64,000 bases of DNA from Clostridiales bacterium (GCA_031265685.1 JAISCI010000045.1:15467-79466), one strand, 5' to 3'; positions 1 through 12,726 are shown, counted from the stretch's first letter. The notes: generated by a model not told the origin, from the sequence alone. Program-made: numbers and translations.

Positions 1-1144
1 GTCCGTAGCACTCGGCCAGCGAGTTGTAGACGACCGCCGCCAGCTCGCCGGGCGTTTCCGGCTCGGTCTGCCCCGTCTCGCGGCAGGCGCGGCGGATCTC
101 GCCGATCATGCTCTCCGGCGCGAGGAATCCCGGCAAATCGGGATCGACCAGCGACGGTATCGTCTCGCGCTCGGCCATGGCGCACAGCTCCGCGAAAGAG
201 GGAGCGCCGCCCAGCTCTTTCCTGACGCGCTGGATCATCCACAGCCCCATTATGTTCTTGAGGAAGCGTATGCCGCCGCCGAAAGCGCCCTCGTTCGTGA
301 AATTCAGGCGCCGCGCGGCTTCGGACGTGTCCGGGCGCGGCAGTTCCACGCCCATCAGCGACCACGTGCCGCTGCTGATGTATATGCCGCCGTCTGAACG
401 CGCCGCCGCCAGCACGGCGGAACCCGTGTCGTGCGTGGCCGGCAGCGCCACGTCGCAATCGTACCCGACGGCGCGGGCCGTCTCCGGCCTGAGTCGCCCC
501 AGTATCCGCCCCGGCTTTTCGACCGGGAGGAATATGCCGCGCGGCAGACCGAGCCGACCGATCAGCTCATAGTCCCAGCCGCCGCTCCGCGCGTCCAGCA
601 ACCCCGTCGAGGACGCGTTGGTGTATTCGCTGGTCGCCACGCCCGTCAGCAGGTAATTGAAATAATCCGGCAGCATAAGTATAGCGGACGTGGCCGCGAG
701 CAGCTCCGGCTGTTTTTTTCTGACCGCCGTCAGCTGGAAAATCGTGTTGAATATCTGGCGCTGAACACCCGTCCGAGCGTAAAGCTCCGCCTCAGGGACG
801 ACCGCGTATACTTCCGCGTCCATCCCGTCCGTGCGCGCGTCGCGGTAGGCCACAGCCTGGCCGATCATGCCGCCGCCCGCGTCCAGGTGGACGAAATCCA
901 CCGCCCACGTGTCTATCGCGGCGGAGCGCGGAACCGCGCCCATCTCCCGGCATTTGGCCATTCCCGCGAGGATATTCGCGTAGAGCGAGCGGACGTCCCA
1001 CACGTCCGCTCCGTCAGCGCGCGTGAAATCATTCGCGAAGCGGTACGCCTCGGTGAGCCGCAGTTTGCCGCCGTCGACGCGCCCGAGGATGTGCCGCCCG
1101 CCTGAAGCGCCTATGTCGATCGCGAGATAGTAGTCGCCTTTCAT
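1..1144 (-). CDS. rhaB: rhamnulokinase (FGGY carbohydrate kinase); 3' end cut by window edge
   Basis: Manual minus-strand translation from ATG 1144: MKGDYYLAIDIGASGGRHILG..AYRDARTDGM..SSGTWSLMGVE..FLKNIMGLWMIQ, collinear with RhaB. Absent from the ORF track because it is open at the edge. SD AAGGTGA lies 5 nt upstream. Confidence 0.85.
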   Translation of the reverse strand, partial: MKGDYYLAIDIGASGGRHILGRVDGGKLRLTEAYRFANDFTRADGADVWDVRSLYANILAGMAKCREMGAVPRSAAIDTWAVDFVHLDAGGGMIGQAVAYRDARTDGMDAEVYAVVPEAELYARTGVQRQIFNTIFQLTAVRKKQPELLAATSAILMLPDYFNYLLTGVATSEYTNASSTGLLDARSGGWDYELIGRLGLPRGIFLPVEKPGRILGRLRPETARAVGYDCDVALPATHDTGSAVLAAARSDGGIYISSGTWSLMGVELPRPDTSEAARRLNFTNEGAFGGGIRFLKNIMGLWMIQRVRKELGGAPSFAELCAMAERETIPSLVDPDLPGFLAPESMIGEIRRACRETGQTEPETPGELAAVVYNSLAECYG

Positions 1145-1158
1145 GTTATCACCTTGTC

Positions 1159-1297
1159 ATACTGTTTCGGGTTAGATAGTGACATTTGTTTTTAAGAGCG
1201 ATAGCGCGTTCGCGCGGCTTTGAAGTTTGCGTGAACCAAGCAAACTTCAGAGGCGCGAACCTTAAAAACAAATGTCAACCTTCATTCCGAAACAGTG

Positions 1298-1298
<1 letters not shown>
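1159..1298. repeat. fold-back element at the luxS|rhaB junction (ATACTG-type termini, nested arms, 9-N9-9 core)
   Basis: ATACTGTTTCGG (1159-1170) pairs with CCGAAACAGTG (1287-1297). GACATTTGTTTTTAAG (1181-1196) pairs with CTTAAAAACAAATGTC (1261-1276). Core is GAAGTTTGC-gtgaaccaa-GCAAACTTC at 1222-1248. The element abuts the luxS stop codon. Confidence 0.85.
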
Positions 1299-3536
<2,238 letters not shown>

Positions 3537-4724
3537 TTATATTTTGTCCGCGCCCAGAACGTCCATCAGCGGCTCGCGCGTCTTCTTGCGCGTAACCTCG
3601 ACCAGCCCGAGCGCCGTCATGCCGACCACGGTGGACGAGATCCGATCCCTCGCGAAAGCGCGGCTCAGTTCCGCCAGCAATTCGTCGCGGCTCTGCTTTT
3701 CGCGCATATCTATGAAATCGATTATAATTATCCCGCCAAGGTTGCGCAGCCGCGCCTGCCGCGCTATCTCGGCCGCCGCCTCCAGATTCAGCCGCAGCGC
3801 GGAGTATTCGTGATCCTTCCGCCCGGGAAAGCGCCCGCTGTTCACGTCGATAACCCAGCAAGCCTCCGTGCGCTCGATAACAAGGAACCCGCCCGAGGCG
3901 AGCCATACCTTCTTATCCAGCACGCGGCGCGTGTCGCGGCGCAGCCCCATATCGGCGATCAGGTCGCCGCTCGGGACGCAGCGCACGCGCCCTTCCGCGC
4001 CGTCAAAGTAGTCCCGGACGGCGGCTCGGGCGCGTTCGGCCTCGCTCTCGCTGTTGATAACGACCTCGCCGATCTCCGCGCTGAAAAGGTCGCGCAGATT
4101 CCGCGTCAGCGCGTCGTCGTCGCGCTCGATAACGCATGGCGTCCGGCGGTACCGCCAGCGTTTGTCCAGATTGTCCGCCCTTGCCAGCAGCGATTTGATT
4201 TCGGACGTCAGCTCGTCCGCGCCGCGCCCCTCGCAATTGGTGCGGATGATGACGTCGTATCCGACGGGCAGAACGCTCTCGGCGGCCGCCTTAAGCCGCG
4301 ACCGCTCGTCCTCGCGCGTTATCTTCCGCGACAGCGATACGCCCGCGCGATCATAGCCTGTATTAAAAAGTATGCACAGACGCCCCGAAAAAGACAACTG
4401 GGTCGTCAGATACGCGCCTTTATCGGCGGTTTCGTCCTTAACCACCTGAACGGCCAGCGTCGAGCCGGGCTTTATCGTCAGCCTGCCGTCGGGATCGTAC
4501 AGCCGCGATTCTTTGATGTCGTTGAGGAAGAGGAAGCCGTTGCGCGAAAGACCCACGTCCACGAAAGCGAACTGGCTCGGGAGAACGCTGCGGACGACCC
4601 CGGCGAAAATCGCGCCGACGGCGGAACGCGGCTCGCGCTCGTCGATCAGCAGCTCGACCAGTCCGCGGCCGTCCGTCACGGCGGTTCTTATCGTGTCGCC
4701 ACAGTCGATAATGATACGATTCAT
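3537..4724 (-). CDS. rng: Rne/Rng-family ribonuclease (RNase G-like)
   Basis: 395 aa. N-terminal S1-like segment (GAIFAGVVRSVLPSQFAFVDVG) followed by an RNase E/G core (WVIDVNSGRF..IIIIDFIDM). Confidence 0.85.
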   Translation of the reverse strand: MNRIIIDCGDTIRTAVTDGRGLVELLIDEREPRSAVGAIFAGVVRSVLPSQFAFVDVGLSRNGFLFLNDIKESRLYDPDGRLTIKPGSTLAVQVVKDETADKGAYLTTQLSFSGRLCILFNTGYDRAGVSLSRKITREDERSRLKAAAESVLPVGYDVIIRTNCEGRGADELTSEIKSLLARADNLDKRWRYRRTPCVIERDDDALTRNLRDLFSAEIGEVVINSESEAERARAAVRDYFDGAEGRVRCVPSGDLIADMGLRRDTRRVLDKKVWLASGGFLVIERTEACWVIDVNSGRFPGRKDHEYSALRLNLEAAAEIARQARLRNLGGIIIIDFIDMREKQSRDELLAELSRAFARDRISSTVVGMTALGLVEVTRKKTREPLMDVLGADKI

Positions 4725-5305
4725 TTGAGAATCAATCGCTCCCTGACGTATATGATTGAGTTCGGCGGGAACGCCGACTCGCCTGTAATCGCCGCGACCA
4801 GCGCGTCCGGCCTCAGACTCCGCTCGCCGCCCGCCGATATTTCCGCGCGTATCGTCCGCCCGCTCGCTTCAAGCGCGAACACGTCCGCCGCGGCGTCGAA
4901 AGCCGCGCCTTTCTTAATTACGATAAACGGCGGCGACACGTTGACCTCCGCGCCGGACGGCAATTCCGCGCGATAGACCGCGCGTATGACCCGCGCCGCG
5001 CTGCCTTTGCCCTCGAACTCTTCCGCGCCGGTCACGGTTATCCCGGAAGGCAGAGCGCGGCTGAGAGCGCGGGCAATGCCTTCCGCCGGCTCGGTCGTCT
5101 CGATATCAGCGTATTCGGCCAGCCCTTCCATGCCGAGCGGCAAGGGCAGCGCGAAACTTAGCTTCGGGTGCGGATGGAACCCCTCGGAATAGGCGGCGGG
5201 GACGCCTCCGCGCCTTATCGCCCGCTGAAAAACCCTTTGCAAGTCCAGATGGCCGATGAAAGCGGCCGCGCCCCTCTTCTCAAATGTCAGCCGCAGTTTC
5301 GGCAC
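4721..5305 (-). CDS. TIGR03936/DUF2344-family radical-SAM-associated protein
   Basis: 194 aa: MPKLRLTFEKRG..FIGHLDLQRVFQRAIRR..FHPHPKLSF. It overlaps and follows the TIGR03960-type radical SAM gene, as this pair usually does. Confidence 0.75.
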   Translation of the reverse strand: MPKLRLTFEKRGAAAFIGHLDLQRVFQRAIRRGGVPAAYSEGFHPHPKLSFALPLPLGMEGLAEYADIETTEPAEGIARALSRALPSGITVTGAEEFEGKGSAARVIRAVYRAELPSGAEVNVSPPFIVIKKGAAFDAAADVFALEASGRTIRAEISAGGERSLRPDALVAAITGESAFPPNSIIYVRERLILK

Positions 5306-7143
5306 GGTTCACACACCCCCTCCGCCGCGTATCTCGAAGCTCCGCACCCGGAGCAGCGCTCGCGGCAGTTCGGCGTGGTCTCGCCGCGCCGCGCCCGCTC
5401 GGCTTCCTCAATAAGGAAATCCTTGCTTACGCCGACGCTGATGTGATCCCACGGCAGTATCTCGGAATATTCCCGCCGGCGCGACGCGTAGAACTCTATC
5501 GAAAGACCGTTCTCGGCGAACGCTTCCGCCCATATCCCATAGTCGAAGAACTCGCTCCATCCGTCGAACTTGGCGCCGCGCGCCACGGCGGATATGATAA
5601 CGGGCAGCAGCCTCCGGTCGCCGCGGGCCAGCGCCGCCTCGATCACGGATACGTCCGCGTCGTGGTGCTTGAAGCTGACCTGCCGGCTCCGGATCGCCGA
5701 TTTAACCGCGGCGTGCCGCCGGCGGAACCCGTCCGTATCCAGCTGCGGCGCCCACTGAAAGGGCGTGAACGGCTTCGGCACGAAGCACGACGCCGACACG
5801 GACACCGAAACCGGGCGCGGGCGTTTCTCCTTCGGCAGACGGTAGAACTCCGCCGCCACGCGCTCGGACAGCAGGGCGATCTCTGCCGCGTCGGCGTCGG
5901 TCTCGCCGGGCAGACCTGTCATGAAATACAGCTTCACCTTCCGCCAGCCATGCTCGAACGCCAGCCGGCATCCGGACAATATATCGTCCTCGGTCAAATT
6001 CTTGTTGATAACGTCGCGCAGGCGCTGACTGCCGGCCTCCGGCGCGAACGTCAGCGACGATTTGCGCCCGTCGCCGAACCGCTCGGCCAAGTCCAATCCG
6101 AACGCGTCCACGCGCAGCGACGGCAGGGACAGAGCGGCGCGGCGCTTCGTCAGCGGTTCGCAAAGCAGCGCCGTCAGCTCGCGGAAACGCGAATAGTCGC
6201 CCGTCGATAGCGACAGCAGCGACAGCTCGTCATACCCGCCGGAATCAAGCGCGCCGAGCGCCGTCTCCGCGATCTCGCGCGGTTCGCGCTCGCGGGCGGG
6301 CCGGTAGATAAACCCCGCCTGGCAGAACCTGCATCCCCGGATACATCCCCGGAATATATCGAGAGCGGCGCGGTCGTGCGTCGTCTCGATCAGCGGTATC
6401 AGCGCCCTGTCCGGGTGGAACGCCGACGCGAAATCGCCCGGCGCGGCCTTTTCCGCCACGGCGGGGGCGGCCGGGTCGTTCGGGGATACCGACTTTATCG
6501 TCCCGTCCGGGTTATACGACACATCGTACATCGACGGTACGTATACGCCCGGTATGCCCGCGATCGCCCGCAGAAACCCGGACTTGGACCGCCGCTTGCC
6601 GTACTCGTCCAGAACGGCGCTCAGCGTACCCTCGGCCTCGCCTATATAGATGAAGTCGAACACCTCGGCCAGGGGTTCGGCGTTTACGGCGCACGGGCCG
6701 CCCGCGCATATTATCGGCCAGCCTTCGCCCCGGTCCCGCGCAAATATCGGTATGCCCGCCAAATCCAGCGCGTTGACTACGTTTGTGTAGCACATCTCGT
6801 ATTGCAGCGTGAAGCCGACCATATCGAACCGCGCCAGCGGGCGGTACGTCTCGAGCGAGAACAGCGGGGCGCCCAGTTCCCTCATGCGCGCCTCCATATC
6901 CGGCCAGGGCGCGAACGCCCGCTCGCACGCGAAATCGTCCCGCGCGTTGATCATGAAGTAGAGTATCTGAAGCCCAAGGCAGCTCATGCCGATCTCGTAT
7001 ACGTCCGGAAAGACTATCGCGAAGCGCGATACGCCCGGCGAGTCGGGCTTCGCGATCATGTTGACCTCCCCGCCGAGGTACCGCGCGGGCTTTTCAACCG
7101 ACAGAAGAACCTCCCGCGGGAGCGGCGGACGCGTTCCGCTCAT
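5287..7143 (-). CDS. radical SAM protein, TIGR03960-like (B12-binding-domain type)
   Basis: Radical SAM cluster motif CIRGCRFCQAG. The ORF is open to 7263, but ATG 7143 overlaps the galM stop (ATGA) and gives MSGTRPPL..VEKPARYLGGE. Confidence 0.8.
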   Translation of the reverse strand: MSGTRPPLPREVLLSVEKPARYLGGEVNMIAKPDSPGVSRFAIVFPDVYEIGMSCLGLQILYFMINARDDFACERAFAPWPDMEARMRELGAPLFSLETYRPLARFDMVGFTLQYEMCYTNVVNALDLAGIPIFARDRGEGWPIICAGGPCAVNAEPLAEVFDFIYIGEAEGTLSAVLDEYGKRRSKSGFLRAIAGIPGVYVPSMYDVSYNPDGTIKSVSPNDPAAPAVAEKAAPGDFASAFHPDRALIPLIETTHDRAALDIFRGCIRGCRFCQAGFIYRPAREREPREIAETALGALDSGGYDELSLLSLSTGDYSRFRELTALLCEPLTKRRAALSLPSLRVDAFGLDLAERFGDGRKSSLTFAPEAGSQRLRDVINKNLTEDDILSGCRLAFEHGWRKVKLYFMTGLPGETDADAAEIALLSERVAAEFYRLPKEKRPRPVSVSVSASCFVPKPFTPFQWAPQLDTDGFRRRHAAVKSAIRSRQVSFKHHDADVSVIEAALARGDRRLLPVIISAVARGAKFDGWSEFFDYGIWAEAFAENGLSIEFYASRRREYSEILPWDHISVGVSKDFLIEEAERARRGETTPNCRERCSGCGASRYAAEGVCEPCRNCG

Positions 7144-8189
7144 TCGTCCGACAGAGAGAAGCTCATTACGGTACTCGACATGAACATCTCGCCCGCCCGC
7201 AGGATAACCGTCGGATAGGACGGCTGGTTTACGGCGTCGGGATAGTGCTGCGTCTCCAGGCACAGCGCGCCGCGCTTCCGGTAGACGGCTCCGCCTTTGC
7301 CGGTCTGACCCGTCAGGAAGTTGGCCGAATAGAACTGCACACCCGGCTCCGTGGTGGATACGGTCATCCTTATGCCCGTGTCGGGCGATTCCACCACGGC
7401 GGCCCGCTTGAAGTACTCGTCGCCGTCGAGGACGTAGTTGTGGTCGAAACCGCCGCCAGCCGCCAGCTGCGGGTCATTAAGCTCAATATGGTCCCCGATG
7501 GCCGCCGCGACGCTGAAGAAGTCGAACGGAGTACCCGCGACGGGCACTGGCGCGCCCAGCGGTATGCTCGTCCCATCGATCGGCAGGTAGGCTATGGCGT
7601 CGATCATAAGCCGATGGTTGTATACAGTGCCAACTCCGTGCCCGTTAAGGTTTATGAACACGTGGTTCGTCAGGTTGACGATAGTGTCGGCGTCGCTCAT
7701 GGCCGCGTACTCTATCGCGAGCGAGCGGCCCGCGAGACGGTACGTGACGTATACTGTCAGGCTGCCCGGATAACCCTCCTCGCCGTCCGGCGACACGCGT
7801 GAGAACTGAACTCCGTCCGCGACGGTCTTCGCGCTCCACACGCGCGAGTCGAACCCGCCGGGTCCGCCGTGCAGATGATTCGCGCCGTTGTTGAGCGCAA
7901 GCCGGTACTCCCTGCCGTTAAGCGTGAACTTCCCCCTCGCGATACGGTTCGCGAAACGCCCGATCGTCGCCCCGAAATAGGAACCGCGGTCTCCCTCGTA
8001 GCCCTCCACGGTATCGTAGCCCAGCGCCACGTCCGCCGCCGCGCCAGATTTGTCCGGGACTATGATCTTCGTTATCCTCGCGCCATAGTCAATAAGGCAT
8101 ACGGTCAGATCCGACTCGTTCGTGAGCATGTATTCGGCGACGGACTCCCCGTCTTTCGTCACGCCGAACGGCCTTACTGTTACCGCCAT
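7140..8189 (-). CDS. galM: aldose 1-epimerase (galactose mutarotase)
   Basis: 349 aa with FGATIGRFANRI and NGANHLHGG segments typical of the aldose-1-epimerase family. Confidence 0.85.
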   Translation of the reverse strand: MAVTVRPFGVTKDGESVAEYMLTNESDLTVCLIDYGARITKIIVPDKSGAAADVALGYDTVEGYEGDRGSYFGATIGRFANRIARGKFTLNGREYRLALNNGANHLHGGPGGFDSRVWSAKTVADGVQFSRVSPDGEEGYPGSLTVYVTYRLAGRSLAIEYAAMSDADTIVNLTNHVFINLNGHGVGTVYNHRLMIDAIAYLPIDGTSIPLGAPVPVAGTPFDFFSVAAAIGDHIELNDPQLAAGGGFDHNYVLDGDEYFKRAAVVESPDTGIRMTVSTTEPGVQFYSANFLTGQTGKGGAVYRKRGALCLETQHYPDAVNQPSYPTVILRAGEMFMSSTVMSFSLSDE

Positions 8190-8201
8190 TGTTATCCCTC
8201 C

Positions 8202-9767
8202 TTATAGTAAATCCGCCGGAACGAAACCCATGCTGTCCATAAACGCCGCGAAGCGCCCGCGCCCCTCGTCCGTCAGTTTGAACACGCCGCAATCCGACAG
8301 CACGTCGCGGAATACCAGCCCGATCTCACGCTTAACGGCGTCTTCGGCTTCCTCCGCGCCTAGGGCGGCGCCATACCGCCCTATTATCCCGGCGATCCAG
8401 TCGGCGTGCGCCGCCAGCTCGGGATCCGCCGCGACGCTGCCCGCGAGATAAGCCTCACCGCCCGACAGCATGGCCGCAACCCGCGCGATCGTATTCTCAA
8501 GCCGCGCCGGCAGAACCGCCAGCCCCATAACCTCGATAAGCCCGATATTTTCCCTTTTGATGTGGTGATAGGCGTTCCGGGGATGGAATATCCCCATCGG
8601 GCGCTCCGCGTCTGTTCGGTTGTTGCGCAGAGCCAGGTCTATCTCGAGATGCCCGCGCCCGTTGACGCGGGCTATCGGCGTAACGGTGTTGTGCGGCGTG
8701 CCCCCCGAGAAAGGGAATATGCCGAGCTTCTCGTCGCCGTATTCGCGCCAGGCCGAGAGTATCCGCGATGAGAGCGAGCACAGCGCCGAAGCGTCGCGCG
8801 ATTCGTCCGCGTTTGTCAGCCGGATCGTCGAGATCGGCCACTCGACGAGCGCCGCCGTAACGTCCGGATACGCCGGGTGGGCATACCGCGCGCAGACGTC
8901 CGCCATCTCCATCGGAAACACGTGCCAGCCGCCTTGGAAATGGTCGTGCGTCAGAATCGATCCGCCGACGATCGGCAGGTCGGCGTTGGATCCGATGAAA
9001 TAGTGCGGCAGCTGCTCGACGAACGCAAACAACCGCCGGAAGGTCCCGTCGGTTATAGCCATCGGCTCGTGCCGCTTGTTCAGCACTATGCAATGCTCGT
9101 TGTAATAGACATACGGCGAGTACTGGAAATACCATTCCTCTCCGTCGAGCCGCATCGGAACCAGCCGGAGGTTCTGCCGCGCGGGATGGGCGGCGTGCCC
9201 GGCGTATCCCGCGTTCTCCTTGCAGAGCAGGCACTTGGGGTACCCCGACTGCGGCGCGGATTGCGCCGCCGCTATGTCCTTCGGGTCCTTCTCGGGCTTG
9301 GACAGATTGACGGTTATCTCCAGGTCGCCCACGTCGGTCTCGGTCCGCCAGTAGAGGTTCCTGGCCACGCGGTCCACCTGGATGTAGTTTACGTCGCGGC
9401 TGAGGGTATAGAAGTACTCCGTGGCGAGACGCGGGGAAACGGCCGCCATCGCCTGAAACCTGCTTATCACCTCGCTCGCCCTCGGCGTTATCATGCCCAT
9501 TACGCGCGCGTCCAAAAGGTCTCGCGTTACGGGAGTGTCGTTAACGATTATGCCGATCCCGGCGGCATAGTCCGCTATGTTGTCAAGGATGTCCCTCGCG
9601 GTGGCGGGCGTCTCGGGCGGAGCCTCGTCCTCGCCGAACGCGTATGGCTCCAGCACGCGCAGAAAGTCCAGCAGGGCGTTGCGCGCCGGGATAACGTCGT
9701 CTTTCTCCAGCAGCTTCTTTTCGTAGCCGAAGTCGATAAGCCGCTCTATTTCATAGGCTATATTCAT
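8202..9767 (-). CDS. galT: galactose-1-phosphate uridylyltransferase, long (type 2) form
   Basis: 521 aa with KPEKDPKD..GYPKCLLCKENAGYAG and THDHFQGG segments typical of Firmicutes GalT. Confidence 0.85.
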   Translation of the reverse strand: MNIAYEIERLIDFGYEKKLLEKDDVIPARNALLDFLRVLEPYAFGEDEAPPETPATARDILDNIADYAAGIGIIVNDTPVTRDLLDARVMGMITPRASEVISRFQAMAAVSPRLATEYFYTLSRDVNYIQVDRVARNLYWRTETDVGDLEITVNLSKPEKDPKDIAAAQSAPQSGYPKCLLCKENAGYAGHAAHPARQNLRLVPMRLDGEEWYFQYSPYVYYNEHCIVLNKRHEPMAITDGTFRRLFAFVEQLPHYFIGSNADLPIVGGSILTHDHFQGGWHVFPMEMADVCARYAHPAYPDVTAALVEWPISTIRLTNADESRDASALCSLSSRILSAWREYGDEKLGIFPFSGGTPHNTVTPIARVNGRGHLEIDLALRNNRTDAERPMGIFHPRNAYHHIKRENIGLIEVMGLAVLPARLENTIARVAAMLSGGEAYLAGSVAADPELAAHADWIAGIIGRYGAALGAEEAEDAVKREIGLVFRDVLSDCGVFKLTDEGRGRFAAFMDSMGFVPADLL

Positions 9768-10585
9768 TGCTCACTCTCCGTTCCGGCGGCGGAATCGGTT
9801 TCACTGCCTATCCCGAATGTTTTCCACACCCATATCCCGAACAGCGCGGTCAAAACCGCCATAACCGTCGTCAGCGCCTCGGCGATCAGAACGTCGTCGT
9901 ATACCCCGCACTGGAGCATGGCGGCTGGCACGTCGCAGAGCGCGTGGACGAGAACCGCGGCGGGCACGAGATACCATTTGTTTTTCTCAAGAGCCGCCCA
10001 GACGACGACCGACAGCGACAGGTGTATCCCTACGGCCAGTATCCGCTCGAATCCGCTGGCGAGGAACATAGCCGGGGGCGTTCCGGCCAGGATCGCGGCG
10101 GATTCGGCGACGGTTTCCGCCGTGCCCAGCACATCGGAGTAGCCGCCGTTTATCATCACGGACATTATTATCGTGGCGATCATCGTAAGCCCCGCGACGA
10201 GTATCGACTCGATACCGCCGTGGCCTATGCCGTAGGCGATGGCGGTTCCGGGGCCGGTATACCGGTCCTTGCGGCGCAGCAGCCACATCGCGGCCAGCCG
10301 CCCCAGTTCCTCGTATGCGCCCGCCGCCAGCGCGGCGTAGGTTACGAAAAGAACGGGGTTCGCCATCAGCGCGATATTACCGTCCGCGTCCGGATTCAGT
10401 ATCATCCGGTGCATGGCCGACTCCAGTATCAGCACAAATACGACGAACACCGCCGCCCCCGCCAGCGCGGGCACGAACTTAAGGCTGAAACGCCTGCGGA
10501 GCGCCGCGTACAGCGCGATGGGTATCCCGAAAGCCATGAGCGCCGAGACCGCCATACATATAATGGATAGTACGGGTATATTCAC
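9764..10585 (-). CDS. YhfC-like polytopic membrane protein (putative intramembrane metalloprotease)
   Basis: 273 aa, about 7 TM helices, with a conserved-looking AYGIGHGGIES segment. The family call is from memory of the YhfC pattern only. Confidence 0.55.
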   Translation of the reverse strand: MNIPVLSIICMAVSALMAFGIPIALYAALRRRFSLKFVPALAGAAVFVVFVLILESAMHRMILNPDADGNIALMANPVLFVTYAALAAGAYEELGRLAAMWLLRRKDRYTGPGTAIAYGIGHGGIESILVAGLTMIATIIMSVMINGGYSDVLGTAETVAESAAILAGTPPAMFLASGFERILAVGIHLSLSVVVWAALEKNKWYLVPAAVLVHALCDVPAAMLQCGVYDDVLIAEALTTVMAVLTALFGIWVWKTFGIGSETDSAAGTESEQ

Positions 10586-10589
10586 GCTG

Positions 10590-12320
10590 TCACCCTATCT
10601 CTTCATAGAATTTCCGCATAAGGTAATATGACGGTTTTTTGCGGGTCTTGTCCGCCGAGAGCAGCCCTTTCAGGTTGTAGCCGTTCTGCGTATAGTGCAG
10701 CCGCCTGGGGCAGCGGAACTCGAACAGTATCCAAGGCGCTATGCCGCGCACATAAGGTATAGCGCGGAGCGTCTCTATCTGTTTGCGGTACACCTCGGCC
10801 TGGTGATCTTCGGTGTACAGGTCGTCCACCGTGCCGCGCGAGCCGGAGCGGGCGTCCGCGCCGAACTCGGATATGACGACGGGCTTCGCCGGGCGGCTGT
10901 TCTCAAATATCTTCGGCAGCTTCGAGAAGTCCGGCTCGTACCATCCGTAATACTCGTTTATGCCGATTATATCCAGCTCGTTCGCCAGGCGGTCGGTTAT
11001 GATCAGCTTATGGTGATCCACCAGGCACGCGGCCGAGCGCAGACGCGACGGGTCGAGCGAACGCGCCAGCCGCGCCAGCGCCGTCATGAAGGCGAGACGC
11101 TCGTCGGTGTCGGCGTTCTCGTTGCCGACTGACCATATTATGACGGACGCGCGGTTAAAGTCGCGTACGATCAGCTCGGTCAGCTGATTCTTGGCGTCGG
11201 CCAGCGTCTTCGGCGCGGCGAAGTCGATTGCCCAGTACACCGGGATCTCCTCCCACAGCAGCAGTCCCACCTCGTCCGCGATACGCGCGGCCAGCTCCGT
11301 ATGCGGATAGTGCGCCAGCCGCATGAACCGGCAGTTCATCTCCTTGGCCAGGCGGAAGTTCTCGCGGATCTCGTCCTCGGTGACGGCCTTGCCGTTTACG
11401 ACGCTCTCCTCGTGGGCGCAGACGCCGGAGAGGAATATCTCCTCGCCGTTCAGCAGGATTTTATGGCCATTAACGGCTATATCACGGAACCCGATCCTCT
11501 CGGTCCATATATCGCCGCCGTATGTGATTTTGACGTCGTACAACCGGGGGCGCTCCGGCGACCACAGCTCGGGCGCGGCGGGGATCGCGGCGGGGATCGC
11601 GGCGTCTATGCCCAGCTCGGGTATTTCGATCCGCGCCGTCCCGCCGTCTGTGAGGTCCGCCGCCGCGTTGATTTTCCCTTCCTTATAATATACCTTAGCG
11701 GAGCGGACGTGTTCCGCGGGGAGCCGCAGCAGTTCGACCGAACGGTACAGTCCGCCGTAATTGAACCAGTCCGTGTTGTCGGCGGGGATGAGGTCGGGGC
11801 GGCGCGTGTTGTTGACGACGACGACGAGGCGGTTGTATTCGGTCAAAAGGTCCGTGGCTTCGACGCAAAACGGCGTGGATCCGCCATAGTGGACGCCGAG
11901 GTACCTCTTGTTAAGGAACACGTAGGCGGTTTGCGCCGCCGCGCCGAATCGCAGAAACACGCGCCCCTCGCCGCGCGGCGCGTATCGGAACACGCGCGTG
12001 TAGACTACGCTGCCCTCGTACAGGAAGAAGCGCGGATCGGCCATGTTCCAGCACATGGGCACGCGGATCGACGGCCAGCGATCGAAGCTGAAGTCGAGCG
12101 GGAAAGGCCTGCCGTCCGCGTCGGCGTATTCCTCCTGATACCATTTCGCGCGAAGGCATGTGTCGTATTGGTCGATAGCGTAATTCCACTCGCCGTCCAG
12201 AAGCTCGGAGGGGCGGTTTCCGCCCGTCACCAGCGTTTCGGACGTTATTCGCTTTTCAGCATACGGAGAAAGGTAATCCGCTTTATGGATATTTTCCTGA
12301 AAATTCCCAACTTCGCCCAT
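10590..12320 (-). CDS. glycoside hydrolase family 2 (beta-glucuronidase/beta-galactosidase-like)
   Basis: 576 aa with FNYGGLYRSV, IIWSVGNENA (acid/base NE) and VISEFGAD (nucleophile Glu context), collinear with GH2 enzymes. Confidence 0.8.
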   Translation of the reverse strand: MGEVGNFQENIHKADYLSPYAEKRITSETLVTGGNRPSELLDGEWNYAIDQYDTCLRAKWYQEEYADADGRPFPLDFSFDRWPSIRVPMCWNMADPRFFLYEGSVVYTRVFRYAPRGEGRVFLRFGAAAQTAYVFLNKRYLGVHYGGSTPFCVEATDLLTEYNRLVVVVNNTRRPDLIPADNTDWFNYGGLYRSVELLRLPAEHVRSAKVYYKEGKINAAADLTDGGTARIEIPELGIDAAIPAAIPAAPELWSPERPRLYDVKITYGGDIWTERIGFRDIAVNGHKILLNGEEIFLSGVCAHEESVVNGKAVTEDEIRENFRLAKEMNCRFMRLAHYPHTELAARIADEVGLLLWEEIPVYWAIDFAAPKTLADAKNQLTELIVRDFNRASVIIWSVGNENADTDERLAFMTALARLARSLDPSRLRSAACLVDHHKLIITDRLANELDIIGINEYYGWYEPDFSKLPKIFENSRPAKPVVISEFGADARSGSRGTVDDLYTEDHQAEVYRKQIETLRAIPYVRGIAPWILFEFRCPRRLHYTQNGYNLKGLLSADKTRKKPSYYLMRKFYEEIG

Positions 12321-12697
12321 TCTCTCACACCTTAATTTTATTTGCGTAGATTATACCACGGAACTGGGGATTTGTACAGTGCGGCGGAAAAAAGTTCGCT
12401 GGACGTGCCGAGTGTAAACTGTCGTATATTACAATAGAAAACTCACCTACCCAATATGACTTAGACCGTCCATTTATATACTCACAGAATCGGCGGCGGC
12501 GTCAAGGAGAACAGGGTTCCCGCGAAGACAAAGGCGACCTTCTCGGGCGGCTCTGGGCGGAGATTTTTTCAACGGAGCCTCATTGTTCATGAAAAAAATA
12601 CTGCCCGACCGTGGCAGCGCGGAAGCGTCAGCTCATAATGCAAAAAGAGCTTGCTGAAACGGTTTTCTTCAACAAATGCATTTCTACCCGAAAATAT

Positions 12698-12726
12698 TTG
12701 CAATTTCCCGATGTATTTGCTATAAT
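12698..12726 (+). promoter_or_regulatory. sigma-A-type promoter of the V-ATPase operon
   Basis: TTGCAA (12698-12703), 17-nt spacer, TGcTATAAT (extended -10; TATAAT at 12721-12726). It lies about 105 nt upstream of the first ntp ORF. Confidence 0.6.

Noticed and set aside
1222-1248. The 9-N9-9 geometry resembles CIRCE (TTAGCACTC-N9-GAGTGCTAA), suggesting an HrcA-like operator.
   Set aside because: The sequence is unrelated to CIRCE. The stem sequence differs between copies while pairing is kept, the copies are nested inside larger palindromes, and none is next to chaperone genes. A sequence-specific dimer operator is therefore unlikely.
12437-12459. GAAAACTCACCTACCCAATATGA upstream of the ntp operon versus GAAAAATCACCCACCCAATATAA (20636-20658) downstream, as possible att-like direct repeats flanking a mobile V-ATPase cassette.
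   Set aside because: The match is only 20/23. My rough estimate is that one to a few such matches are expected by chance among all position pairs in 64 kb. There is no integrase or composition shift. It is kept only as a side note in the ntpD finding.
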